Below are positions 51,501 to 64,000 of a stretch of 64,000 nucleotides of DNA, one piece after another. Source of the stretch: Eledone cirrhosa (taxonomy: Eukaryota). Positions within the stretch are counted from its first letter, which is position 1, and the number at the start of each line of letters is the position of its first letter. Position numbers and translations under genes: made by a program. Under the pieces are notes generated by a model. The model was not told where the DNA came from. It made no database searches and saw nothing but the letters and a program-made list of their open reading frames with translations. The stretch covers positions 242,172,001-242,236,000 of the forward strand of contig OZ024743.1 in the NCBI GenBank assembly GCA_964016885.1. The letters run 5' to 3'.

Positions 51501-54500
51501 ATGAGAGTGGTGGTATGGGTGTAGTGGTATGACAGTGATGGTATGGATGTGATGGTTTGGGTGTAGTGGTATGAGAGTGATGGTATGGATATGGTGGTTT
51601 GGGTGTAGTGGTATGAGAGTGTGGGTACGGATATGGTGGTTTGTGTGTATTGATATGGCAGTGATGGTATAGATGTGGTAGTATGGGTGTAGTGGCATGA
51701 CAGTCATGATATGGAGGTGATGGTATGTGTAGTAGTATGACAGTGATGATATGGATGTGGTGGTTAGATGTTGTGGTATGACGGTGATGGTATGGATGTG
51801 ATGGTTTTGTTGCTGTGGTATAGGTGTGGTGGTATGGATGTGATGGTTTGGGTGTGGTGGTATGACAGTGATGTTATGGATGTGATTATTTGGGTGTGCT
51901 GGTATGGGTGTGGTGGTTTGGATGTAGTAGTATGACAGTGATGGTATGGATGTGATGGTTTGGGTGTAGAGGTATGAGAGTCATGGTATGGATGTGGTGG
52001 TTTAGGTGTAGTGGTATGACAGACATGCTATGTTTGTAGTGGTATGGCAGTGATGGTTTTGGTCTAGTGGTATGAGTGATGTTATGGATGTGATGGTTAG
52101 GGTGTGGTGGTATGTCAGTAATAGTATGGATGTAATGGTTTGGGTGTAGTGGTATGATAGTGATAGTATGGTTGTAGTGGTATGGCAGTGATGATATAGA
52201 TGTGGTGGTATGGTAGTGATGGTATGTATGTGATGGTTTGGGTGTAGTTGTATGACAGTAATGGTATGGATGTGGTTGGTTAGGTGTAGTGGTATGACAG
52301 TGATGGTATTTATGTAGTGGTACGACAGTGATGTTATTGCTGTGATGGTTTGGGTGTGGTGGTATGACAGTGATGTTATTGATGTGGTGGTTTGGGTGTA
52401 GTGGTATGACAGTGATGGTATGGATGTGGTGGTTAGGTGTTGTGGTATGATGGTGATGGTATGGATGTGGTTGGTTTAGATGTAGTAGCATGACAGTAAT
52501 GGTATGGATGTGGTTGGTTAGGTGTAGTGGTATGACAGTGATGGTATTTATGTAGTGGTACGACAGTGATGGTATTGGTGTGATGGTTTGGGTGTGTTGG
52601 TATGACAGTGATGGTATGGATGAGATGGTTTGGGTGTAGAGGTATGATAGTGATAGTATGGATGTGATTGTTTGGGTGTTGTTGTATAACAGTGATGGTA
52701 TGGCAGTGATGGTTTCGGTGTAGTGGTATGTCAGTGATGGTATGGATGTGATGTTTTGGGTGTAGTGGCATTGCAGTGATGGTATGGATCTGATGATATG
52801 GTTGTAGTGATATGACAGTGAGGGTATGGATGTGATAGTCTGGGTGTTGTGACGGTGATGGTATGGATGTGATCGTATGGATGTCATGGTCTGGGTGTTG
52901 TGGTATGACGGTGATGGTATGGATGTGATGGTTTCCGTGTAGTGGTTTGACCGTCGTGGTATGGATGTGGTGGTTTGCCGGTAATGGTATGAGAGTGATT
53001 GTATTGGTGTGATGGTTTGGGTGTGTTGGTATGACAGTGATGGTATGGATGTGATGGTATGGGGGTAGTGGTATGACAGTGATAGTATGGATGTGATGGT
53101 TTGGGTGTAGTGGTATGGATGTGACGGTATGGATACGATGGTTTGGGTTAGTGGTATGACTGTGATGGTATGCATGTTGTAGTATGTGGGTAGTGGTATG
53201 AGTGTGATGGTATAGATGTGATGGTTTGTGTGTAGTGGTATGACAGTGATGGTATGGATAAGATGGTTTGGGTTTAGTGGTATGACAGATGGTTTGGGTT
53301 TAGTGGTATGGATGGGAAGGTATGATGGTTATGGCATGGATGGATGGATGGGGTGTATGGGTATAGGTGTATGACAGTAATGTATGGATATGATGGTCTG
53401 GGTGTTGTGATATGACGGTGATGGTATGGATGGGATGGTTTCAGTTTAGTGGTGTGGATGTGATGTTATGACTGTGGCGGTATGGATATGATGGTTTGGG
53501 TTAGTGGTATGACTGTGATGGTATGGATGCGGTAGTATGGGTGTGGTGGTATGACAGTGATGGTATAGATGTGATGGTTTGTGTGTAGTGGTATGACAGT
53601 GATGGTTTGGATGTGATGATCTGGGTGTTGTGGTATGACGGTGATGGTATGGATGTGATGGTTTCGGTTTATTGGTATGACAGTGATAGTTTGTATGTGG
53701 TGGTTTGCGTGTAGTTGTATGACAGTGATGGTATGATGGTGATGGTATGGATGTGGTGTTTTGGGAGTTGTTGAATGCCAGTGATGGTATGGCAGTGATG
53801 GTATTGATATGGTAGTATGCATGTTGTGGTATGACAATGATTGTATGGATGTGCTGTTATGTGTGTAGTGGTATGACAGTGATGATATGCATGTGGTGGG
53901 TTGGTTGTAGTGGTATGACAGTGATGGTATGGATGTGGTAGTATGTTGTAGTGGTATGTCAGCGAAGGTATGGATATGGTGTGTTGGTTGTAGTGGTATG
54001 ACAGTGATGGTATGGAGTTGATGGTTTGGGTGCTGTTGTATGATAGTGATAGTAAGGCAGTGATGGTATGGATGTGATGGTCTGGTTCTGGTGGTATGAC
54101 AGTGATAGTATGGATGTGTTGGTTTGGGCGTGCTGGTATGACAGTGATGTTATGGATGTGATGGTTTGGGTGTAGTAGTATGATAGTGATGGTATGGATG
54201 TGATGGCTTTGGTGTAGTGGTATGAGAGTAATGGTATGGATGTGGTGGTTTAGGTGTAGTGGTATGACAGTCATGCTATGTTTGTAGTGGTATGACAGTG
54301 ATGCTTTTGGTCTAGTGGTATCACAGTGATGGTATTGATGTGATGGTTAGGGTATGGTGGTATGACAGTGATAGTATGTATGTGATTGTTTGGGTGTCGT
54401 TGTATGTATGTGATGGGTGGGTGTAGTGGTATGACATTGATGGTATGGTCGTAGTGGTTTATATGTAGTGGTATGGACGTGGTAGTTGAGGTGTAGTGGT

Positions 54501-57500
54501 CTGACAGTGATGGTATGAATGTGATGATTTGGATGTGGTGGTATGACAGTGATGGTATGGATGTGATGGTTTGGGTGTGGTGGTATGATAGCGATAGTAT
54601 GGCAGTGAAGGTATTGATGTGATGGTTTGGGTCTGGTGGTATGACAGTGATGGTATGGATGTGATGGTTTGGATGTGGTGGTATGACAGTGATGGTATGG
54701 ATGTGATGGTTTGCGTGTGGTGGTATGATAGAGATGGTATGAATGTGATTCTTTGGATGTGGTGGTATGGTAGTGATGGTATGAATGTGATGGTTTGTGT
54801 GTGGTGGTATGATAGTGCTGATATTAATGTGATGGTTTGGGTGTGGTGGTATGATAGTGATGGTATCGATGTGATGGTTTGGGTGTGGTGGTATGATAGT
54901 GATGATACTAATGTGATGGTTTGGGTGTGTGGTATGACAGTGATGGTATGGATTTGATGGTTTGGGTGTGGTGGTATGTTAGCGATAGTATGGCAGTGAA
55001 GGTATTGATGTGATGGTTTGGGTGTGGTGGTATGACAGTGATGGTATGGATGTGGTGGTTTGGGTGTGGTGGTATGATAGTGATGGTATGAATGTGGTGG
55101 TTTGGGTGTGGTTGTATGATAGTGATGGTATGAATGTGATGGTTTGAGTGTGGTGGTATGATAGTGATGGTATGAATGTGATGCTTTGTGTGTGGTGGTA
55201 TGATAGTGATGATATTAATGTGATGGGTTGGGTGTGGTGGTATGACAGTGATGGTATGGATGTGATGGTCTGGTTCTGGTGGTATGACAGTGATATTATG
55301 GATGTGTTGGTTTGGGCGTGCTGGTATGACAGTGATCTTATGGATGTGATGGTTTGGCTGTAATAGTATAATAGTGATGGTATGGATGTGATGGCTTTGG
55401 TGTAGTGGTATGAGAGTAATGGTATGGATGTGGTTGTTTAGTTGTAGTGGTATGACAGTCATGCTATGTTTGTAGTGGTATGACAGTGATGCTTTTGGTC
55501 TAGTGGTATTACAGTGATGGTATTGATGTGATGGTTAGGGTATGGTGGTATGACAGTGATAGTATGTATGTAATTGTTTGGGTGTCGTTGTATGGATGTG
55601 ATGGGTGGGTGTAGTGGTATGTCATTGATGGTATGATCGTGGTGGTTTATATGTAGTGGTATGACACTTATCGTATGGACGTGGTAGTTGAGGTGTAGTG
55701 GTCTGACAGTGATGGTATGAATGTGATGGTTTGGGTGTGGTGGTATGATAGAGATAGTATGCCAGTGAAGGTATTGATGTGATGGTTTGGATGTAGTGGT
55801 ATGACAGTGATGGTATGGATGTGATGGTTTGGGTGTGGTGGTATGATAGCGATAGTTTGGGTGTGGTGGTATGATAGCGATAGTATGGCAGTGAAGGTAT
55901 TGATGTGATGGTTTGGGTCTGGTGGTATGACAGTGATGGAATGGATGTGATGGCTTTGGTGAAGTGGTATGATAGTGATGGTATGAATGTGATGGTTTGG
56001 GTGTGGTGGTATGATAGTGATAGTATGGCAGTGAAGGTATTAATGTAAGGGTTTGGGTGTGGTGGTATGACAGTGATGGTATGTATTTTATGGTTTGGGT
56101 GTGGTGGTATGATAGCGATTGTATGAATGTGATGGTTTGGGTGTGGTGGTATGATAGTGATAGTATGCCAGTGAAGGTATTGATGTGATGGTTTGGATGT
56201 GGTGGTATGACAGTGATGGTATGGATGTGATGGTTTGGGTGTGGTGGTTTGATAGCGATAGTATGGCATTGAAGGTATTGATGTGATGGTTTGGATGTAG
56301 TGGTATGACATTTATGGTATGGATGTGATGGCTTTGGTGTAGTGCTATGATAGTGATGGTATGAATGTGATGGTTTGGGTGTGGTGGTATGTTAGTGATG
56401 GTATGAATGTGATGGTTTGGGTGTGGTGGTATGATAGAGATGGTATGAATGTGATGCTTTGGGTGTGGTGGTATGATAGTGATGGTATGAATGTGATGGT
56501 TTGTGTGTGGTGGTATGATAGTGCTGATATTAATGGGATGGTTTGGGTGTGGTCGTATGATAGTGATGGTATCGAAGTGATGGTTTGGGTGTAGTGGTAT
56601 GATAGTGATGATACTAATGTGATGGTTTGGGTGTGGTGGTATGACAGTGATGGTATGGACTTGATGGTTTGGGTGTGGTGGTATGTTAGCGATAGTATGG
56701 CAGTGAAGGTATTGATGTGATGGTTTGGGTGTGGTGGTATGACAGTGATGGTATGGATGTGATGACTTTGGTGTAGTGGTATGATAGTGATGGTATGAAT
56801 GTGATGGTTTGGGTGTGGTGGTATGATAGTGATGTTATTAATGTGATGGGTTGGGTGTGGTGGTATGATAGTGATGGTATGGATGTGATGGTTTGGGTGT
56901 GGTGGTATGTTAGTGATAGTATGCCAGTGAAGGTATTGATGTGATGGTTTGGATGTGGTGGTATGACAGTGATGGTATGGATGTGATGGCTTTGGTGTAG
57001 TGGTATGATAGTGATGGTATGAACGTGATGGTTTGGGTGTGGTGGTATGATAGTGATGGTATGAATGTGATGGTTTGAGTCTGGTGGTATGATAGTGATG
57101 GTATGAATTGGTTGGTTTGGGTGTGGAGGTATGACAGTGATGATATTAATGTGATGGTTTGGGTGTGGTGGTATGATAGTGATGTTATTAATGTGATGGG
57201 TTGGGTGTTGTGGTATGTTAGTGATGGTATGGATGTGATGGTTTGGGTGTGGTGGTATGTTAGTGATAGTATGCCAGTGAAGGTATTGATGTGATGGGTT
57301 GGATGTGGTGGTATGACAGTGATGGTATGGATGTGATGGTTTGGGTGTGGTGGTATGATAGTGATAGTGTGGCAATGAAGGTATAATGTGATGGTTTGGG
57401 TGTGGTGGTATGACAGTGATGGTATGGATGTGATGGCTTTGGTGTAGTGGTATGATAGTGATTGTATGAATGTGATGGTTTGGGTGTAATGGTATGATAG

Positions 57501-60500
57501 TGATGGTATGAATGTGATGGTTTGGGTGTGGTGGTATAATAGTGGTGGTATGAATGTGATGGTTTGGTGTGGTGGTATGATAGTATGGCAGTGAAGGTAT
57601 TAATGTAATGGTTTGGGTGTGATGGTATGCCAGTGAAGGTATTGATGTGATGGTTTGGATGTGGTGGTATGACAGTGATGGTATGGATTTTATGGTTTGG
57701 GTGTGGTGGTATGATAGCGATTGTATGAATGTGATGGTTTGGGTGTGGTGGTATGATAGTGATAGTATGCCAGTGAAGGTATTGATGTGATGGTTTGGAT
57801 GTGGTGGTATGACAGTGATGGTATGGATGTGATGGTTTGGGTGTGGTGGTTTGATAGCGATAGTATGACAGTGAAGGTATTGATGTGATGGTTTGGGTGT
57901 AGTGGTATGACATTTATGGTATGGATGTGATGGCTTTGGTGTAGTGGTATGATAGTGATGGTATGTATGTGATGGTTTGGGTGTGATGGTATGTTAGTGA
58001 TGGTATGAATGTGATGGTTTGGGTGTGGTGGTATGATAGAGATGGTATGAATGTGATGATTTGGGTGTGGTAGTATGATAGTGATGGTATGGATTTGATG
58101 GTTTGGGTGTGGTGGTATGTTAGCGATAGCATGGCAGTGAAGGTATTGATGTGATGGTTTGGGTGTGGTGGTATGACAGTGATGGTATGGATGTGATGAC
58201 TCTGGTGTAGTGGTATGATAGTGATGGTATGAATGTGATGGTTTGGGTGTGGTGGTATGATAGTGATGATATTAATGTGATGGGTTGGGTGTGGTGGTAT
58301 GATAGTGATGGTATGGATGTAATGGTTTGGGTGTGGTGGTATGTTAGTGATAGTATGCCAGTGAAGGTATTGATGTGATGGTTTGGGTGTAGTGGTATGA
58401 CATTGATGGTATGGATGTGATGGCTTTGGTGTAGTGGTATGATAGTGATGGTATGAATGTGATGGTTTGGGTGTCGTGGTATGATAGTGATGGTATGAAT
58501 GTGATGGTTTGTGTGTGGTGGTATGATAGTGCCGATATTACTGTGATGGTTTGGATGTGGTGCTATGATAGTGATGGTATCGATGTGATGGTTTGGGTGT
58601 GGTGGTATGATAGTGATGATATTAATGTATGGTTTGGCTGTGGTGGTATGACAGTGATGGTATGGATGTGATGGTTTGGGTGTGGTGGTATGTTAGCGAT
58701 AGAATGGCAGTGAAGGTATTTATGTGATGGTTTGGGTGTGGTGGTATGACAGTGATGGTATGGGTGTGATGACTTTGGTGTAGTGGTATGATAGTGATGG
58801 TATGAATGTGATGGTTTGGGTGTGGTGGTATGATAGTGATGGTATGAATGTGATGATTTGGGTGTGGTGGTATGATAGTGATGATATTAATGTGATGGGT
58901 TGGGTGTGGTGGTATGATAGTGATGGTATGGATGTGATGGTTTGGGTGTGGTGGTATGTTAGTGATAGTATGCCAGTGAAGGTATTGATGTGATGGTTTG
59001 GATGTGGTGGTATGACAGTGATGGTATGGATGTGATGGCTTTGGTGTAGTGGTATGATAGTGATGGTATGAACGTGATGGTTTGGGTGTAGTGCTATGAC
59101 AGTGATGGTATGAACGTGATGGTTTGGGTGTGGTAGTATGATAGTGATGGTATCAATGTGATGGTTTGTGTCTGGTGGTATGATAATGATGGTATCAATG
59201 TGATGGTTTGGGAGTGGAGGTATGACAGTGCTGATATTAATGTGATGGTTTGGGTGTGGTGGTATGATAGTTATGGTATGGATGTGATGGTTTGGGTGTG
59301 GTGGTATGTTAGTGATAGTATGCCAGTGAAGGTATTGATGTGATGGGTTGGATGTGGTGGTATGACAGTGATGGTATGGATGTGATGGTTTGGGTGTGCT
59401 GGTATGATAGTGATGGTATGAATGAGATGGTTTGGGTGGGGTTGTATGACAGTGATGGTATGAATGTGATCGTTTGGGTGTGGTGGTATGACAGTGATGG
59501 TATAAATGTTATTGTTTGTGTGTGGTGGTTTGATAGTGATAGTATGAATGTGATAGTTTGGGTGTGGTGGTATGACAGTGATGGTATGAATGTGATGGTT
59601 TGGGTGTGGTGGTATGATAGTGATGGTATGAATGTGATGGTCTGGGTGTGGAGGTATGACAGTGATGGTATGAATGTGATGTTTTGGGTGTGGAGGTATG
59701 ACAGTGATGGTATGAATTTGATGGTTTGGGTGTGGTGGTATGTTAGTGATAGTATACCAGTGAAGGTATTGATCTGATGGTTTGCATGTGGTGGTATGAC
59801 AGTGATGGTATGGATGTGATGGTTTGGGTATGGTGGTATGATAGCGATTGTATGAATGTGATGGTTTGGGTGATGGTATGGTGGTGATGGTTTGGGTGTG
59901 GTCGTATGATAGTGATGATATTAATGTGATGGTTTGGGTGTGGTGGTATGACAGTGATGGTATGGATGTGATGGTTTGGGTGTGGTGGTATGTTAGCGAT
60001 AGTATGGCAGTGAAGGTATTGCTGTGATGGTTTGGGTGTGGTGGTATGACAGTGATGGTATAAATGTGATTGTTTGTGTGTGGTGGTTTGATAGTGATGG
60101 TATGAATGTGATGGTTTGGGTGTGGTCGTATGACAGTGATGGTATGAATGTGATGGTTTGGGTGTAGTGGTATGATAGTGATGGTACGAATGTGATGGTT
60201 TGGGTGTGGTGGTATGATAGTGATGGTATGAATGTGATGGTTTGGGTGTGGTGGTATGATGGTGATGGTATGGATGTGATGGTTTGGGTGTGGTGGTATG
60301 TTAGTGATAGTATGCCAGTGAAGGTATTGATGTGATGGTTTGGATGTGGTGGTATGACAGTGATGGTATGGATTGATGGCTTTGGTGTAGTGGTATGATA
60401 GTGATGGTATGAATGTGATGGTTTGGGTGTGGTGGTATGATAGTGATGGTATGAATGTGATGGTTTGGTTCTGGTGGTATGATAGTGATGGTATGAATGT

Positions 60501-61295
60501 GATGGTTTGGGTGTGGAGGTATGACAGTGATGATATTAATGTGATGGTTTCGGTGTGGTTGTATGATAGTGATGGTATGGATGTGATGGTTTTGGTGTGG
60601 TGGTATGTTAGTGATAGTATGCCAGTGAAGGAATTGATGTGATGGTTTGGATGTGGTGGTATGACAGTGATGGTATGAATGTGATTTTTTGGGTGTGGTG
60701 GTATGACAGTGATGGTATGAATGTGATGGTTTGGGTGTGGTGGTATGATAGTGATGGTATGAATGTGATGGTTTGGGTGTGGTGGTATGACAGTGATGGT
60801 ATGGATGTGATGGTTTGGGTGTGGTGGTATGTTAGTGCTGGTATGAATGTGATGGTTTAGGTGTGGAGGTATGACCGTGATGGTATGAATGTGATGGTTT
60901 GGGTTATGGAGGTATGACAGTGATGGTATGAATGTGATGGTTTGGGTGTGGTGGTATGATAGTGATGGTACGGATGTGATGGTTTGGGTGTGGTTGTATG
61001 TTAGTGATAGTATGCCAGTGAAGGTATTGATGTGATGGTTTGGATGTGGTGGTATGACAGTGATGGTATGGATGTGATGGTTTGGGTGTGGTGGTATGAC
61101 AGTGATGGTATGGATGTGATGGTTTGAATGTGGTGGTATAACAGTGATGGTATGAATGTGGTGGTTTGGGTGTGGTGGTATGATAGTGTTGGTATGGATG
61201 TGATGGTCTGGGTGTGGTGGTATGACAGTGATGGTATGGATGTGATGGCTTTGGTGTAGTGGTATGATAGTGAGTGTATTGATATGATGGTTTTA
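48600..61295. repeat. GT-rich minisatellite, 42-bp unit of three 14-mers, with about 1-kb higher-order blocks
   Basis: Consensus GTGATGGTTTGGGT-GTGGTGGTATGACA-GTGATGGTATGGAT; the landmark GTGGGTACGGATATGG recurs at about 49659, 50646 and 51621. Confidence 0.95.
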
Positions 61296-61328
61296 AACTT
61301 CAAGTAAACCCACATCGAGCAGACATTT

Positions 61329-61840
61329 GTGGTGCTTCATATCGTTGTTCTTACTGATGTTGCTGTTGCTGCTGGTGTTGCTGCTCATGTTGCTGTTGTG
61401 GCTGTTGGTGTTCTTGCTGTAACTGTTGTTGTTGTCATTGCTGCTGTTGTTGTTCTTGGTGTTGTTGTTGTTATTCGTGTTGCTGCTGCTGTTCTTTTTG
61501 CTGTTGTTACTCTTGCTCTTGTTGTTATTGTTGCTGTTGCTGCTGTGGTTGTTGATGTTGTTGATGTTATTGCTGTTCTTGCTGTTGTTGATTTTGCTGT
61601 TATTGTTGTTGTGGTTGGTGTTGTTGATGTTAGTTATGTTGCTGTTGTTGTTAATGATGTTAATGCTGTTACTGTTTTTGTTGCTGTTGTTGCTGTTGTT
61701 GCTGTTGTTGCTGCTGTTGCTGTTATTGTTGTTACGGTTGCTGTGGTTACTGCTGTTTCATTTGCTTAGTTTTTGCTGTTGCTGTTGTTGTTGTTGTTGG
61801 CAATACCGCTGTTACTGTTGTTTTTGGCGTTGCTCTTGAA

Positions 61841-61877
<37 letters not shown>

Positions 61878-61915
61878 TTAATGATGACGTGTATGATGAT
61901 GATGACGGTTATGAT
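61329..61915. repeat. Degenerate (GTT/GCT)n followed by (GAT)n
   Basis: Direct inspection. Confidence 0.9.
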
Positions 61916-61934
61916 GAACTATTCAAAATGCTGT

Positions 61935-62060
61935 AATAATTGTTTCTACTTTTGGCACGAGGCCAGCAATTAAACCAGTACATTACTGGTACTTTATTTT
62001 ATCGACCCCGTAAGGATGAAAGGCAAAGTTAACCTCGGCGGGATTTGAACTCAGAATGGC
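61935..62060 (-). mobile_element. SINE, 5'-truncated
   Basis: Tail, core and B-box match. Confidence 0.8.
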
Positions 62061-63344
62061 AAGGGCCGAAACTCTTTGCTGCAATGTTACCCAACCACAC
62101 CTGATCCAATCGACAGTATTCAATCTTATATCATACTGAAAGTATTGATGCTTCCAGTGAATCACACACCAAAGTTCGCCTTTACACTACAGAAATACGT
62201 ATAATATACATATCAACATGCATACTTACATTATACATATATACACACACATATGCACGCACATAGATACACACACGCACACGCACACACACATATATAT
62301 ATATATATATACACACACGCACACACACACACATATATATATATACACACACATACACACACACAAATATATATATATGCTCACTTTGGTGAACCTACAT
62401 TAACTAGACTATATATATATATGTGTGTGTGTGTATAAGTGTATGTACGTACTTATATATGCATATTTAATTTTATATGTATGCCTGTATATATGTGTGT
62501 GCGTATGAATGTGTTTATGCATATGTATATACATATACATTTATTTATACATATATATATATATATATCATATATCTATATATATGTATATATATATATA
62601 TATAGGCAGATATCTATCTATATATATATATATATATACACACACACATACACACACACACATATATATATATATCCCTATATATGCCTGTAGATATATA
62701 TGCCTATATATGCGTATGTCTGCAGTTCATAGATATATATTCCTACTTACATAAGGTGGTGGGTGGTATTTATGGATAAATATGTATCTAACCTATAGAT
62801 ACTCAATCACGATTACACATAACTAATAATTTCTATCTACATATTTATGACTAAACATTCTAATAACGGAGAAAGTATATACATGTGTCTATACATGTAT
62901 GCATATATGTATATATGTAAGTATATATGTGTGTGCATGTAAAAGTGTATATATGGAGGCATGTAATTAAATAAGGATATATGTACACCATCCTTATATA
63001 ATTACACACATATATATATATATATATACATTTTATGAAATATCCTGACGCTCTAACGCTCTAACATTGATTAAACTTCAGAGATATGTTTCAGATAGCA
63101 TATCAAACGTATACACACGATATCGTTCAAAAGCTCCCACCATATCTGTATTCCTGGAAGCTCCATGAAAATATAGTTGAATTTATGATGAACCATGTTC
63201 AGAGGAGGGCTTATGAAAAATTACAGTCATCAATCTGCAGGAACCGAACAATAACAAAATCAATGGAAACTTCCGAACAATTCATCTCTGGGGCGTCAGT
63301 TCAAATCTTGGGTATTCTAATGTTATTTTTAGATTTGGTATTGT

Positions 63345-63543
63345 TATTGAATTGGCGGTATCGGTAGAGCGTCGGACATCAGGCTTCGTGGCATAGAGGT
63401 AGCATAGCTCTTTACGTTCTGAGTTCAAATCCCACCGTGGTTGATAAAATAAATCACCAGTAATGCACTGGGTCGATTTAATCAACTTACCCCTCCCCTT
63501 CAAATTACTGGCCTTCTATTTAAAGTAGAAACAATTATTATTA
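63345..63543 (+). mobile_element. SINE, longer subfamily
   Basis: Head, B-box and tail match; extra segment GTCGATTTAATCAACTTACCCCTCCCC. Confidence 0.75.
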
Positions 63544-63662
63544 ATGTGATGTCCCCTTTCCTTTGCATGATGTAAACCCCACTTTGAGTTGTGTTGTCTT
63601 TGTTTTTGTACTGTCACCAATGTCCTGAGTCCTTGTGACCAATAAATGAAATTATTATTATT
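63544..63662 (+). mobile_element. Tx1-like LINE extreme 3' end
   Basis: Ends CCTTGTGACCAATAAATGAA(ATT)n, like about 18220-18250. Confidence 0.5.
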
Positions 63663-63663
63663 A

Positions 63664-63890
63664 AGGCGATGGATTGGCTGTATCGGTAGAGCGTCGGAGA
63701 ACATGCTTCGCGGCATAGAGATACGACCTTTTACGTTTCGAATTCAAATACCCTCAAGGTTAGCTTTGCTGTTCATCCTTATGGGGTGGACAAAATAAAC
63801 CACCAGTAATATACTGGGTACAATTTAATCGACTTCCCCTCTCCTAAAATTGTTGGCCTTGTGCCTAAAATCAGAAACAATTATTATTAG
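63664..63890 (+). mobile_element. SINE, longer subfamily, full length
   Basis: GGCGATGGATTGGCTGTATCGGTAGAG head, core, GAAACAATTATT tail. Confidence 0.8.
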
Positions 63891-64000
63891 TCTTATTTTT
63901 ATTGCGTGTCATCACTGTGTTATCGAGCACAGCTTTGTTCACCTTGGGTAGATGCAGTGTTGTTTTTGGTGTTGTTATTTCTATTGTATTGAGAGTACTC

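Noticed and set aside
49161-58132. Long His/Thr/Ile/Pro-rich minus-strand ORFs that resemble a structural or metal-binding protein
   Set aside because: They are translations of the 42-bp satellite, open in several frames, with scattered stops and no signal peptide or unique domain.
54500-61290. Regular repeats resembling a CRISPR array or yeast-type TG1-3 telomere
   Set aside because: Contiguous tandem units with no unique spacers, no cas genes and no TTAGGG array.
61329-61973. Poly-Val/Ala/Leu/Met ORFs that look like membrane proteins
   Set aside because: Trinucleotide repeat translations.

Overview
AT-rich, microsatellite-saturated eukaryotic DNA with no recognisable host gene. The repeat content suggests a mollusc, probably an octopus (inference). 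The window is almost entirely mobile DNA. It holds a decayed mariner, two unrelated Penelope-like (RT + GIY-YIG, Neptune-type) retroelements with pseudo-LTRs (pLTRs), two Dong/R4-type RLE LINE families (one copy with an uninterrupted 1210-aa ORF), Tx1/L1-like LINE 3' fragments, about ten copies of one tRNA-derived SINE, Helitron-like pieces, MITEs, a hAT remnant, and a 12.7-kb GT-rich satellite with a 42-bp (3x14) unit. The main signals, all read by eye, are: (1) many minimal type-I hammerhead ribozyme (HHR) motifs, in the pLTRs and in short non-coding palindromes that carry one HHR per strand; (2) a U3-A8 compensatory HHR core (UUGAAAA) in two different families; (3) a candidate -1 ribosomal frameshift (UUUUUUA) joining an upstream ORF to the RT-EN ORF of a Penelope element; (4) strictly polarised sharing of (TAA)n targets by Dong, Tx1 and the SINE, with the SINE tail resembling the Tx1 3' end. 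No folding or database searches were run.
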